This document shows positions 14,571-25,737 of a stretch of 33,830 nt of DNA, in pieces. Position 1 is the stretch's first letter; each line of letters starts with the position of its first letter. The notes beneath the pieces are model-generated. The model was not told the DNA's origin. It was given only the letters and a program-made list of their open reading frames with translations, and did no database searches. Source of the DNA: a virus; IMG/VR virus record IMGVR_UViG_3300022074_000187; one strand, written 5' to 3'. The position numbers were made by a program, and so were the translations under genes.

Positions 14571-14819
14571 ATGGCTTTAGATGCAACAAATTTATTTAAG
14601 GTTGGTGGTGCCAATCCTGGAATGTGGATTTACAAATCTACAGATGCAGTAGGCACTATTGATGATTCTGGTTACTTTAGTAGTGTAACTAATGAATTAA
14701 AGCAATTTGATGTAATAGTTATTATAGGAGCAACTGGTGGTGGATCACCAACAGTAGACCTAGCAACTGTAACATCTGCAACTGGTGCTACACCAGTAAC
14801 AGTAGCATTACTTGCTTAA
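14571..14819 (+). CDS. Small Gly/Thr/Val-rich protein (possible capsid decoration protein)
   Basis: 82-aa ORF directly after the capsid gene with SD AGGAGG. The functional call rests on position only. Confidence 0.5.
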   Translation: MALDATNLFKVGGANPGMWIYKSTDAVGTIDDSGYFSSVTNELKQFDVIVIIGATGGGSPTVDLATVTSATGATPVTVALLA

Positions 14820-14827
14820 CGGAGTAT

Positions 14828-14845
14828 GGGGGAGGTAACTCCCCC
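14828..14845 (+). promoter_or_regulatory. GC-rich stem-loop after the capsid genes
   Basis: GGGGGAG-GTAA-CTCCCCC. 7-bp stem, GNRA-class loop, no U-tract. Confidence 0.5.
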
Positions 14846-14854
14846 TAACAACAT

Positions 14855-15478
14855 ATGGCAACAACAAAAATAGATATATGTGCGAGAGCACTTGTAATGA
14901 TAGGAGCAAGTCCTATTACTTCTTTTACAGACGGAACAACAGAAAGTACAGTAGCTAGTAACCTATATGAAGACACTATAAAGAATATGTTATCTAGTTA
15001 TCGTTGGAGGTTTGCTAGTAAACAAGCACAACTTTCAAGATTAACAGATGCACCAGATCACAAATGGGATTCAGCTTACCAATTACCAGCAGAATTAGTA
15101 GGTCTGCATGGAATATTTGTAAATGATATGCCTATACGTTTTGAAAGATATGGTGATATGGTTTATAATGATGCAGTATCTACTGATAAAGTATATGCAG
15201 ATTATACATATTACGATACAACATTATCAAATCCAGAAGCATTTTTTCCACCATATTTTATATTTTCTGCTGAACTAACATTAGCTTCTATATTTGCATA
15301 TGCAGTTGCACAAAATTCAGATTTATCTAATGCATTAGAAGCAAAAGCTAATAGACAAATAGCAATAGCTAAAAATATAGATGCACAACAAAGAACATCT
15401 AGTAGACTTCGAGTTACTAGATTTAATAATACTCGTAATTCTACAGGAGCTTCTAACATAGAAGGGATTGTAGAATAG
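14855..15478 (+). CDS. Tail tubular protein A (adaptor), T7 gp11-like
   Basis: ICARALVMIGASPITSFTDGTTES...LSSYRWRF parallels T7 gp11 [23 protein letters not shown]...IQSRGWTF. 207 aa vs 196 aa. Confidence 0.8.
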   Translation: MATTKIDICARALVMIGASPITSFTDGTTESTVASNLYEDTIKNMLSSYRWRFASKQAQLSRLTDAPDHKWDSAYQLPAELVGLHGIFVNDMPIRFERYGDMVYNDAVSTDKVYADYTYYDTTLSNPEAFFPPYFIFSAELTLASIFAYAVAQNSDLSNALEAKANRQIAIAKNIDAQQRTSSRLRVTRFNNTRNSTGASNIEGIVE

Positions 15479-15479
15479 A

Positions 15480-17666
15480 GTGGCAAAATCAAGAAATATT
15501 TTACGACAAATAAAAACAACATTTCAAGCTGGTGAATTAGATCCACTTATGAATATGAGAAGTGACGTTAATGCTTATGCGAATGGTGCTAAACAAATGC
15601 AAAATGTAGCTTTATTTTCGCAAGGTGGTTTCAAAAGACGTAATGGTACAAAGAGATACGCAAGTTTAACTGGTAATGCTAGATTAATTGGTTTTGATTT
15701 TGATGATAATGAACAATACATTATGGCATTTGGTAATCAAAGAGTAGATATATATTATCTTGAAACAAACGCATTAGCACAAGCTATAACAGGTTGTCCT
15801 TGGACAACAAGTATATTGTTTGATATGCAATTTAGTCAAGCTGGTGATACTATGATAGTAACACATCCTAGTATGCCTACACAAAAAATACTTAGAACAG
15901 GATTAACTTCTTTTACAAGAACAGCTTTTACATTTGATGAAGATTCAGAAAATGTTTATCAACCTTATTATAAATTTGCTAGTGCTGGTGTTACATTAAC
16001 TGCTAGTGGTTCTACAGGAAGTGTAACTATAACATCAAGTGCAGATCATTTTAATGCAAATTATGTAGGAACATATATACGTATAGAAGATACTACTTTA
16101 GAGATAACTGCATTTACAAGTGCTACACAAGTAACTGCTACTGTAGAAGGCACTCTAAGAAAACAACTTATAACAGATCCATTTAGAACAGAAAATGGTA
16201 CAAAAACAATTACAGTAAGTGATCCTTTGCATGGATTATCAAATGGAGCAAGTGTTACATTTAGTGGATCTAATAGCATAGAAGGAATAAATGCTTCAGA
16301 TATAAATGGATCAAAAACAATTACAGTATTAAATGATGATGAATATACATTTACTGCTGGTGGTACTAATAATGCTAATAATACTGCCGCTGGTGGTGGT
16401 ACAGGTGTATTTATTACTAGTAGTGGTCAAGCAAACTCTAGATGGGAAGAACAAGTATTTAGTGCAGTAAGAGGTTATCCAGCATCATCTACATTTCACG
16501 ATGGTAGATTATGGTTTGGTGGAACATCTAGTTTACCAGATTGGGTATGGGCATCAAAAGTAGATGAGTATTTTAATTTTGATGTAGGAGATGCAGAAGA
16601 TAGTGATAGTATACAATCAAGTATTGGAGCATCACAAGTAGCAGATATAAGACATTTAACAAGTAATAGACATTTACTTATATTTACAGCTAATGGTGAG
16701 TTTTTTTGTCCACAAGCAGATCAAGCAGTATTAACACCAGCAAACTTTACAGCAAGACGACAGACAACGCATGGATGTAGTACAGTAAATGTAAAGACGT
16801 TAGAAGGTGGTGTTTTGTTTGTTCAAAAACATGGGCGAGCAGTAAGAGAGTTATTATTTACAGATTTAGAATTATCTTATTCTGCAACAAATATAAGTGT
16901 ACTTGCTAGTCATCTTATTAATACACCAGTAGATATGACAATACTGCAAGGCACTTCTGAAAGACCAGAGTCTTATGCTATATTTATAAACTCAGATGGT
17001 ACTGCTGGTATATTTCACGCAGTACGATCAGAAAAACTAGCTGGTTGGACAGAATGGAAAACAACATCTGGTGCATCTTTTAAAAGTGTAGAAGCAGTTG
17101 GCAGTAGATTATTTTTTACAGTATATAGAGATAGTGCATATTATATAGAAGAAATGGGTACAGAAGCAAATACATTAGATCACTCTACTACTTTTACTAT
17201 AGGAAGTGCTGGTACAACATTTACAGGATTGACAAACTATGCTAGTAAAACAGTAAAGGTAAGAAGTGGTGATTTTTATATGGGTGAGTTTGCAGTATCA
17301 AGTGGTGGTGTTTTAGAATTATCAACTGGTTTTGATACTACTACTATAACAGTAGGTTTTGACTATGATGTTGAAGTAGAAACTATGCCTGTAGAAACTG
17401 TATTAGCAAGTGGCACTTTACAAGGTAAACCAAAAAGAATAAGTAAAGTAGTTATGGGATTAAATTCTACATTAGCAACAACTGTATCTGGCACAAGATT
17501 AATATTAAGACAAGTAACAGATGATTTGTCTTTATCGCCTACACCAGTTACAGGCAAAAGAGATTTTTATTTATTAGGGTATAATAAAGATGCAACAGTA
17601 ACTTTAACACAAAGTGATCCTTTACCACTTAGAGTAACAGGATTAGTAATGGAGTATATGTATTAA
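15480..17666 (+). CDS. Tail tubular protein B (nozzle), T7 gp12-like
   Basis: 728 aa, GTG start. FHDGRLWFGGTSSLPDWVWASKVDEYFNF...SNRHLLIFTANGEF parallels T7 gp12 FFRNRLGFLSGENIILSRTAKYFNF...SEELLIWSDEAQF. Confidence 0.85.
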   Translation: MAKSRNILRQIKTTFQAGELDPLMNMRSDVNAYANGAKQMQNVALFSQGGFKRRNGTKRYASLTGNARLIGFDFDDNEQYIMAFGNQRVDIYYLETNALAQAITGCPWTTSILFDMQFSQAGDTMIVTHPSMPTQKILRTGLTSFTRTAFTFDEDSENVYQPYYKFASAGVTLTASGSTGSVTITSSADHFNANYVGTYIRIEDTTLEITAFTSATQVTATVEGTLRKQLITDPFRTENGTKTITVSDPLHGLSNGASVTFSGSNSIEGINASDINGSKTITVLNDDEYTFTAGGTNNANNTAAGGGTGVFITSSGQANSRWEEQVFSAVRGYPASSTFHDGRLWFGGTSSLPDWVWASKVDEYFNFDVGDAEDSDSIQSSIGASQVADIRHLTSNRHLLIFTANGEFFCPQADQAVLTPANFTARRQTTHGCSTVNVKTLEGGVLFVQKHGRAVRELLFTDLELSYSATNISVLASHLINTPVDMTILQGTSERPESYAIFINSDGTAGIFHAVRSEKLAGWTEWKTTSGASFKSVEAVGSRLFFTVYRDSAYYIEEMGTEANTLDHSTTFTIGSAGTTFTGLTNYASKTVKVRSGDFYMGEFAVSSGGVLELSTGFDTTTITVGFDYDVEVETMPVETVLASGTLQGKPKRISKVVMGLNSTLATTVSGTRLILRQVTDDLSLSPTPVTGKRDFYLLGYNKDATVTLTQSDPLPLRVTGLVMEYMY

Positions 17667-18265
17667 TGTGTAGTATAGAAGCGGCAATAATAGGTTCAGC
17701 AGTTGTAGGTGCAACCTCATCAATTTATCAAGGCAATCAAATGGCTAAGATAGATAAAATGAATAGAGAAAGAGCACAAAGAGAAGCAGAAATACAAAAT
17801 GCACAACTTAAAGAAGAAAGAAGATTATCAAAAGTAAATGCACAAATAGAAGAAAACAATAGAAGAAATGCATTAGAAAGAAATTTATCAAGTGTAAGAG
17901 CTTATAATAGAGGTAAAAACAGCAAAAGTTTTGATGCGTTTTTAAGTGCAGAACGTGATGCTTTTAGACTAGATGTAGAAAATCTTAGATTAGGTAGTCG
18001 TATACAAGATAATAGGTTAGCTACACAAATATCAGTAAATGCTAGCAGATCTGCACTTCCAGATATGAGTGGATATTATAAAACTTCAGGATATTTAAAT
18101 GCCGCTGGTAGTTTAGCTTCAGGTGCATCTAATTATTATATGGTACAAAAACCAAACAATCCTCAAGTAAATACACAATCTTCACCAAGTGGAGGATATG
18201 GTAATTATCAAACAAGTACAGCTTCTGGCACATCAAGTTGGTATCAAACAAGAAAGCCTTATTAA
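17666..18265 (+). CDS. Internal virion protein, T7 gp14-like
   Basis: N-terminus MCSIEAAIIGSAVVGATSSIYQGNQMAK parallels T7 gp14 MCWAAAIPIAISGAQAISGQNAQAKM. 199 aa vs 196 aa. Correct synteny. Confidence 0.65.
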   Translation: MCSIEAAIIGSAVVGATSSIYQGNQMAKIDKMNRERAQREAEIQNAQLKEERRLSKVNAQIEENNRRNALERNLSSVRAYNRGKNSKSFDAFLSAERDAFRLDVENLRLGSRIQDNRLATQISVNASRSALPDMSGYYKTSGYLNAAGSLASGASNYYMVQKPNNPQVNTQSSPSGGYGNYQTSTASGTSSWYQTRKPY

Positions 18266-21200
18266 TGGTAAAAAGATATTCTGATACAGCAAGAGTTAAA
18301 ATACAAAGTGGTGGTGTAAGCAATCCAAACTTAGGTCGTATAGATCCTAGACCATTAAATACAATGTTAGATAGTGTAAGAAATTTAGCAGATACTGTGC
18401 AAAAAACAGCAGTACAATTAGGAAAAAATGAAGCTGAAAAATTAGGTAGAGAAAGAGGTTTAGCTGTAAATATTGAATATAAAAATGGTGTGCCTGTAAT
18501 ACCAGCTTATGAAGTAAATGCTGGACCGATATATGAAAATGCTTATCGTGATGCAGTAGAATCAGTTTATAAAACAACATTACAACAAGATATAAGAACA
18601 AAAATAAATGAAGCTAGATTTACACACGATTCAAGTGATCAGAGAAATAATCCAGAAAACTTAGCAGAAGCTATTGCATCTATAAGATCTGGAGTTTTAG
18701 AAACTGTAGATCCTAAATATTTTAATTTAGCAAAAAATGCTATAGAACAATTTGGTACAACTACACTATCAGATGTTAGAGAAAGAACTGCAAGATTAAA
18801 TTATAATAATACAGTTAAAGGATTAGAAAATACAATTGCACAAATAAGTGATAGTATTGTAGATGATAATATTACTATGGAAGATTTTAATAATAGTGAA
18901 TATTTCAAAGAGTTTGAAAACGTTTCAAAACAATATTTACAAATAACAAATGGTAATATGGCTTTTATAGAAAGCTATAATGAAAAAATACAATCAGCAT
19001 TAGCTGGTAATAGTTTTAAAAGACAACTGTTTGGAGTAACAAATGGTGTGCCTAATTTAAAAGATTCAGATTTACACAAGGTATCTATGATGTTAACTGG
19101 TGCAGTTTCTGAAGAAGAAACTATTGAAATTGCTGGACAAGAATATAATAGAAGTAATATTGTAGAACTTATACCAGATGCAGATATAAGAACAAAATTA
19201 TCTACACAAATAAATACAGTTATTAATCAAAAGAATAAAGGTTCTACTGAAGCATTAGAACTATCAAAATCATTTAAAGGTATACTTGACAATCTTACTG
19301 AAACAATAGCAAAAGATTCATCAGATCAAGATGCACTTACAGCAATAACTGATGCAGAAAATAAAATAGCAAATATATATGATAAAATAGATTTATCTAA
19401 CTTTACACCTACTACAGAAACAAATATAGAAAATACTTTTTTAAAATATAATAATTCTTTACAAAAACTTCGTAATACACATTTATCAAATATTACAAAA
19501 AAAAATATAGATAATAGAAATGCCATACTAGAAATAAATCTTAAAGAAGCAGTAGGTAATAGTAATCCTATTCTTATAAAAGATAACGCACAAAGTTTAG
19601 TTGATAATGGTATATCTAAGTATAAAGCATTATCAGAACTAGAACCAAATAAAATTGCTATATATAATTCTCTTATTAATGATTTAGGGTCTGTTGATGA
19701 TAAAGGAGAATTGTTAGCAAATAAAAGTACATTTGATAAAATTGATTTAATTGCAAATAATTTATATCAAAAACCAACAATAATGATAAATGGTACAAAT
19801 TATGATGTAAAAGAGTTATCAGAAGTATTGCCAGCTTTTGTTGATTCTGGTGTTTATAGCACACAAATATCATCACTAGATAATGCGGCAACAGCAAGTA
19901 GCACTACTGTAAAAAAATCTGTACAAGATTTATTAAATACAATACCTGATAATGGTTTATTAGATGAAAATGCTATCTATAGTATGAGTTTAGCAAACTC
20001 GAGTGTATATAATGAAGCTATTAGATATATTGTAAATGGTGGTAATGATCAATTAATATCTACAATGATAAGTGATGATCCAGAAGATGTAGCAAAAAAA
20101 GTAGTTGCTTTTGATATTATAGGGCAAACAAAAAGAATACCATCAGATATAATAAACTTTATGAAAAATAGTAGAATATCAGGAGATCGAAATAGTATAA
20201 TACAAGCTAGTAATTTATTTGGATTGTTATCTCAAAGCACAGATATTAAAAATGTTTTATATGAAACAAATAATTTTAAAAGTGATTATACATTTTATGA
20301 AACAATGAATCAATTACCAGATTCAATTACAGAAGAGGATATTACTAAAATAAGAGAACTAACACAAGATCCAGATAATAATAATGTAAGAACTATTTTA
20401 TTAAATATAAATCAAAATATTAATAGCGATTCAAAAAAAACAAGTAGCACATCAAGCAGTGAACTAATATCTGATACCTCAGAATTTCTTATAGCTGGAT
20501 ATAGAAAAGATATTAAAGGTGATAATATTAAATTAAGCAAAATGGATAAATATCAACTAGCAGAAACAAAAAAGTTTTTAAGATTGCACGCTATAAAAAG
20601 ATCAATAGGTGTAGTAGAAGATATAGATTCATCATCAATAAAAGATTCTTATAAACAACATATGGATTTTGTTTTAGATAATAAAATATCTTTTGAAGAT
20701 GGATCAAGTGTTATATTTGGACATTCATCAAAATCAAATTATCCTATGGAAAATTTATCTATAGATTTAAGAGCTGTTAATTATTCACCACATAATAATT
20801 TTAGAGCAATATATGATGTGCAAGGAATGTTACAAAGCAAAACTGATGGTAAATACAGACCAAAGAATTTTTTACCTAATATACATATAGTACAACTATT
20901 TAAACAAGCTGGTGGTATTGATGTACGTGGAGAAGAAATATCAGCACAAGAAACAGAAAACTACTCTTATCTTGATGAAACAATACCTCAAATACACGAA
21001 CCACATTTAGGGATCATAAATGAAACATCAGCAAAAAATTTATTGTCTATAGATAATAAACCTTTATTACTTGGTGTAAATGCTGGTTTAGTAGAAATGG
21101 ATGGTCAATATGCTTTAGCACGTAAAATAGATAATGGACCATTAGAACCAGTATTAGATAAAGATAATGAGATAGTTTTAATTCCAGGTAATGTTGTTTT

Positions 21201-21681
21201 TAATAATAATTTAAAATCTAATTTATATCATACAGCAATAACTGCTGACAAAAATGCTACTATTATTACAGAAAAAGCAAGTGGTTTTGTAGGAATGCAA
21301 GAAGCTAGATTTAAAAAAGGGCACGAAGCATTACGTTTTAATTTTGATAATGTAAATATAGAAAATAACGGAGAAAGTTATTTAATTGGTTTAAATAGAT
21401 TTTATCTTACAAATAGTATTATTAGAAATAACATTGAAGAACCTATAGAATATGAAGTAAAAAAATTTAATAGAAACTTTTATGTAGTTCCTACACAAAC
21501 ACCTATAGTATCTGATAATAAATTATTACTAAAAGATGTGCCTGATAGAGAACATAATTATATGATGTATCCTGTATTTGATACAAAAGAAAAAGCAGAA
21601 AGTGTATTACAGAATATTACAAATATTACAAATAATGATACAAAAAAATATATTGAGTTTAGAAATAAAAGGATTAGATAG
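18265..21681 (+). CDS. Large internal virion (ejection/core) protein, gp15 position
   Basis: ORF 18238..21681. The ATG at 18265 forms TAATG with the upstream stop. About 1138 aa, N/K/I/D-rich. Called from size and synteny only. Confidence 0.55.
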   Translation: MVKRYSDTARVKIQSGGVSNPNLGRIDPRPLNTMLDSVRNLADTVQKTAVQLGKNEAEKLGRERGLAVNIEYKNGVPVIPAYEVNAGPIYENAYRDAVESVYKTTLQQDIRTKINEARFTHDSSDQRNNPENLAEAIASIRSGVLETVDPKYFNLAKNAIEQFGTTTLSDVRERTARLNYNNTVKGLENTIAQISDSIVDDNITMEDFNNSEYFKEFENVSKQYLQITNGNMAFIESYNEKIQSALAGNSFKRQLFGVTNGVPNLKDSDLHKVSMMLTGAVSEEETIEIAGQEYNRSNIVELIPDADIRTKLSTQINTVINQKNKGSTEALELSKSFKGILDNLTETIAKDSSDQDALTAITDAENKIANIYDKIDLSNFTPTTETNIENTFLKYNNSLQKLRNTHLSNITKKNIDNRNAILEINLKEAVGNSNPILIKDNAQSLVDNGISKYKALSELEPNKIAIYNSLINDLGSVDDKGELLANKSTFDKIDLIANNLYQKPTIMINGTNYDVKELSEVLPAFVDSGVYSTQISSLDNAATASSTTVKKSVQDLLNTIPDNGLLDENAIYSMSLANSSVYNEAIRYIVNGGNDQLISTMISDDPEDVAKKVVAFDIIGQTKRIPSDIINFMKNSRISGDRNSIIQASNLFGLLSQSTDIKNVLYETNNFKSDYTFYETMNQLPDSITEEDITKIRELTQDPDNNNVRTILLNINQNINSDSKKTSSTSSSELISDTSEFLIAGYRKDIKGDNIKLSKMDKYQLAETKKFLRLHAIKRSIGVVEDIDSSSIKDSYKQHMDFVLDNKISFEDGSSVIFGHSSKSNYPMENLSIDLRAVNYSPHNNFRAIYDVQGMLQSKTDGKYRPKNFLPNIHIVQLFKQAGGIDVRGEEISAQETENYSYLDETIPQIHEPHLGIINETSAKNLLSIDNKPLLLGVNAGLVEMDGQYALARKIDNGPLEPVLDKDNEIVLIPGNVVFNNNLKSNLYHTAITADKNATIITEKASGFVGMQEARFKKGHEALRFNFDNVNIENNGESYLIGLNRFYLTNSIIRNNIEEPIEYEVKKFNRNFYVVPTQTPIVSDNKLLLKDVPDREHNYMMYPVFDTKEKAESVLQNITNITNNDTKKYIEFRNKRIR

Positions 21682-24600
21682 TGGCAGATATTCTTAAAGA
21701 AGCACCAGAATTATTATCTGTTAATAGTGTCAATGTAGATGATAATGTAAGTAAAAAAGTTGGTTGGTGGAAAGATGTTGGTAATAACTATAGATACACA
21801 TATGGCAATCCATTAGCAAAACTTAGACAAAGCATTGTAGGACAAGCAGATCCTAATTTTGTTGTCAATAGAGATCATATAGCTAATGCACCTTTAGAAA
21901 TTTTAGATGATGTACTGGATTCTAATAGTCAAGAAGAAGTAGATTTTCATATGGATTTGTATAAAAAAAATCTTGAACTAAGAGATGAGTTATCTAATGG
22001 TAGGTTTTCTGCAATGATATTTGCTGGAATAGCTGACCCTATAAATTTAATACCTTTACCAACAGTAAAAGGTTTAGGTTTTTATAGAGGATTTAAAAGA
22101 ACTGCTGGTGGTGTTTTTGCATTAAGTGCTGGTGTAGAAACAATACGTAAAAAAACCGATCCTCTTGATACAGGAATGTTTGAATCAGTATTAAATGTAG
22201 GAGGTTCTGCATTATTTGGAGGACTATTAGGTGGTGGTGTTGGTCATATAACAGCAAAAAGATTTGGCGAAAATTATCATAATGCATCTAATTTTGCAGA
22301 AGGAAGAAAAAGTAATGTATTTCCTGTATCTACAAAAACTGTAAAATTTAACAATACAAATACAGACAAATTTGATGGCACTATAGAAGTACCAGATATA
22401 AAAAAAGTATCAGAAGAACAATTATTTGAAGAAAATGGTTTTGAATATTTACCAAAAAACGAAAAAGCAAAAGCACAATTAGAAAAAGATAATAAACTTG
22501 TATGGACACCACTTAATAAACTAAGTGAAATATCACCAGTATATAAAGGTATATCTAGATTTAGTAAGTCTGATAAAACACAAAATATATTTTTATCAGC
22601 TTTTGGTGATGGTGGGCAGTATTTAAATAAAACAAAACTATCAGGCAGAAAAGGCTTTATAAATGATTCAGGTGGTACTGTTCTAATGAACAATTTAGAA
22701 TGGACAGGAGAAACAGCTAAATTTATAAAAAGTATGCAAAAAGATTTTTTAGCATTACATAATATAGACAAACCATTTGAACCATTAGAAGTAAAAGTAG
22801 GTTTTGCTTTTAAAGATTATCAACAACAAGCAAAAGGTTTATATAATAGATTTACAGGTAAAGAAGATACAACAATGACCTTTGATGATTTTCAAAGAGA
22901 AGTAGGTGTAACTTTAATTAAAGCAGAACAATTAGGTAAACTAGATGCTGAGATGCAACCTAATCCACATATATTAAATAGTGCTAAAAGTTTACATAAA
23001 TTTTTTAAAAAGTTTGAAGTAGCTGGTGATGAAGTAGGGTTTTTTGTACGAAGTAGAACTTTTGAAAATACAGAAGCACGTATATCAAAAGATATAAAAA
23101 ATGTTTTATTAAGAAGAAAAGAACTTAGTAAAATAAAAAGTAAAAAGAAAAGTGATTTTTTAAGATACAATTTAGCTACAGAAAGATTATTAGATGCTAT
23201 TGATGATTATGAATACATACAACTACAATTAAAAAAGAATATTGAAAAACAAAGAGGAGCATCATTATATCCAGTAAGTGAAAAGTATTTACAAAAAATT
23301 ATAGATAACTCTGATTATCCAAAAGTATATAAAAGAAAGTTTAATGAACAAAACATTGAACAAGCTATAAATGATAAATTCCAGGGCAAATTAGAATTTG
23401 ATATAGCTGAACTTAAAAGAATAGATAGTCATTTACATTCATTTAAAAAATCAAATAATCCAACTGACGATCAATTTATTGATAGTTTATTTGTAGATCA
23501 TAGAAATTTATTAATTGATATGTTAGATGATCTAATGGGTAACAGTTTAAATCTAAAACAATACAAAACAGTTATGCCAAAAGACAATGTATTTTTATTA
23601 AAGACAGAAAAAACAAAAATACCAGATAGTGTATTTAGTAAAATTAAAGTAAAAGATATTGATGTAGATACGTATATGCGACACTATAAAGTAATTAATG
23701 ATAGATTTAGAGGCGAGTTAAGTTTAGATAGTATTAATACTAAATACTATTTTCCTCATAATCACATTACAGAAAACTATGTAGCCTATAGAGATACAGC
23801 AGTAGATCTTTTTAAAAATCATTATCTTAATAAACCTATTGGAAAATTAAAAGCAATACAACAAGCACATAAAAGAAATATAAAAGTAAAATTTAAAAAT
23901 CCAAAAGTATTATTAAGACTTACAGATGATACAAGATTAGAAGTAGAAAGAGTGCCAACACTAGAAGATGTAGAATTACAAGCACAATTTGAAGCAGAAA
24001 AAACTATAAATAAATTAACACAAACATCTGTAATGGGTGATGTTGATGGTGTTATGAACAAAGGATTAACAAGACATCAAATGAGTAGAGAGCTTGATAT
24101 ACCACCATATCAATTATTAAAAGAATACAATGGAGTAGCAGATTTTATACACGCAAATGCAGAAACAATATCAAGAAACTATAGTACAAAGGTCGGACCA
24201 AGTATTGAATCTGCTAGAATGTTTAGAGGTGATAGATTTGCACAACAAGAAAAATATGAAATGTTAGATGACATATTGGTAAAATATGCAGACGAAGCAA
24301 ACAATGATACTAAAAACTTTTTAAGTAGATTTAATAATCAAAATGATGATTTTGAAATATCTCTTAGTCTTTTACTACAAAGACAACCTATATCAACTGA
24401 TCTTGGCAGTCCTACAAATCAAGCATCTAGAATAGCAATGGATTTAGCACACACTACAATGATGGGACAAGTTTTATTTGCAAGTGCCGCAGATCCAATG
24501 AAAGTTATTTTAAACAGAGGAATGAACGAAGTGTTTGGTAGATATTTAAGAAGCTGGTTTAGAGATATGGATGAATGGTCTAAGGCAACTAAAGCAAATC

Positions 24601-25736
24601 AAGATCTTATTTTTAATGCTGGTATAGGAATAGAAAATATTTTAAACAATGCTAGTCGAATGAAAGCAGAAGGTATAAATGATGGTGGTGTAGGATTTAG
24701 AAGAGCAACAAGTAGATTTGTTGATGGTGCAGAAAAACTAGCATCTTACGCAAAAGATAAATTATATGTATTAAGTGGTTTAAATGAATGGACTGCTAAA
24801 GGTAAAAAAATGATATTACCAATGGCGGCTGATAGAATAATAAGAGTAGGTGCAATATTAAACAAAAGAGAAAAAAGTTCTGCACTAAATAAATATTTTG
24901 ATTTAGATTTACAAATATTAAAAACTTATGGATTAGATGAAAAAGATCTAAAAGCTATACATAACAACTGGTCAAAGCACAATTCTAAAAATACATACAA
25001 AGGCAAACTTGGAGTTTATTATGACAATCATAGATTCTGGTATGATAAAGATCCTATACTTACTAGAAAGTATTTAAATGCTATTAGAATGGAAGTTACA
25101 AATACTTATATGACTCCTACACAAGCAGACAAACCATTAGTAATGGAAGCTGGTATTGTACGATATAGTAAACTTAATAAAAAGTTAAGAGATCATCAAT
25201 CTACATATTATAAAATACCATTTCAATTTATGACTTGGGCAGTAGGAGCACAAAATAAAATATTAAATTCAACATTGCAAGGAAGACATAGAGGAGTTTT
25301 TTCTGGTATAGCTTCTATGATATTAGCTGGAGGTATCGGAGTTGCTTTACGAAATCCAGGTTACTTTCCATATATGTCAACTGAAGAAAGATTATATAAA
25401 GCTATTGAGTATAGTGGTATTACATCTTATTGGCTCGATATAAATAATATGTTAGAAATTCTAAGTATAAATGAATATGGTATAAGACCAAATATATTAG
25501 GAGTAGATAATCCTTTTGCAAGAAATACAGGTGATGCAATAGCAGAACCATTTGGTCCAGCTGGGGGAATGGTTCAAAATGTAGCAAGATTATTTTATGA
25601 TGAAGAACTTACAACCAATGAAAAAGCACATATGATAAAAAGGTTATTACCCTTTAATAATATTTTTTACTTAAAATGGTTGTTTAAAAGTGCAACTAAC
25701 AGTATAGTGGATTCAATGAAACCAGAAAGATATTAA
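21681..25736 (+). CDS. Very large internal virion (ejection/core) protein, gp16 position
   Basis: 1351 aa, GTG start sharing the G of the upstream TAG. Gly-rich hydrophobic segments (VLNVGGSALFGGLLGGGVGHI, GVFSGIASMILAGGIGVAL). No transglycosylase motif recognised by eye. Confidence 0.55.
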   Translation: MADILKEAPELLSVNSVNVDDNVSKKVGWWKDVGNNYRYTYGNPLAKLRQSIVGQADPNFVVNRDHIANAPLEILDDVLDSNSQEEVDFHMDLYKKNLELRDELSNGRFSAMIFAGIADPINLIPLPTVKGLGFYRGFKRTAGGVFALSAGVETIRKKTDPLDTGMFESVLNVGGSALFGGLLGGGVGHITAKRFGENYHNASNFAEGRKSNVFPVSTKTVKFNNTNTDKFDGTIEVPDIKKVSEEQLFEENGFEYLPKNEKAKAQLEKDNKLVWTPLNKLSEISPVYKGISRFSKSDKTQNIFLSAFGDGGQYLNKTKLSGRKGFINDSGGTVLMNNLEWTGETAKFIKSMQKDFLALHNIDKPFEPLEVKVGFAFKDYQQQAKGLYNRFTGKEDTTMTFDDFQREVGVTLIKAEQLGKLDAEMQPNPHILNSAKSLHKFFKKFEVAGDEVGFFVRSRTFENTEARISKDIKNVLLRRKELSKIKSKKKSDFLRYNLATERLLDAIDDYEYIQLQLKKNIEKQRGASLYPVSEKYLQKIIDNSDYPKVYKRKFNEQNIEQAINDKFQGKLEFDIAELKRIDSHLHSFKKSNNPTDDQFIDSLFVDHRNLLIDMLDDLMGNSLNLKQYKTVMPKDNVFLLKTEKTKIPDSVFSKIKVKDIDVDTYMRHYKVINDRFRGELSLDSINTKYYFPHNHITENYVAYRDTAVDLFKNHYLNKPIGKLKAIQQAHKRNIKVKFKNPKVLLRLTDDTRLEVERVPTLEDVELQAQFEAEKTINKLTQTSVMGDVDGVMNKGLTRHQMSRELDIPPYQLLKEYNGVADFIHANAETISRNYSTKVGPSIESARMFRGDRFAQQEKYEMLDDILVKYADEANNDTKNFLSRFNNQNDDFEISLSLLLQRQPISTDLGSPTNQASRIAMDLAHTTMMGQVLFASAADPMKVILNRGMNEVFGRYLRSWFRDMDEWSKATKANQDLIFNAGIGIENILNNASRMKAEGINDGGVGFRRATSRFVDGAEKLASYAKDKLYVLSGLNEWTAKGKKMILPMAADRIIRVGAILNKREKSSALNKYFDLDLQILKTYGLDEKDLKAIHNNWSKHNSKNTYKGKLGVYYDNHRFWYDKDPILTRKYLNAIRMEVTNTYMTPTQADKPLVMEAGIVRYSKLNKKLRDHQSTYYKIPFQFMTWAVGAQNKILNSTLQGRHRGVFSGIASMILAGGIGVALRNPGYFPYMSTEERLYKAIEYSGITSYWLDINNMLEILSINEYGIRPNILGVDNPFARNTGDAIAEPFGPAGGMVQNVARLFYDEELTTNEKAHMIKRLLPFNNIFYLKWLFKSATNSIVDSMKPERY

Positions 25737-25737
25737 T

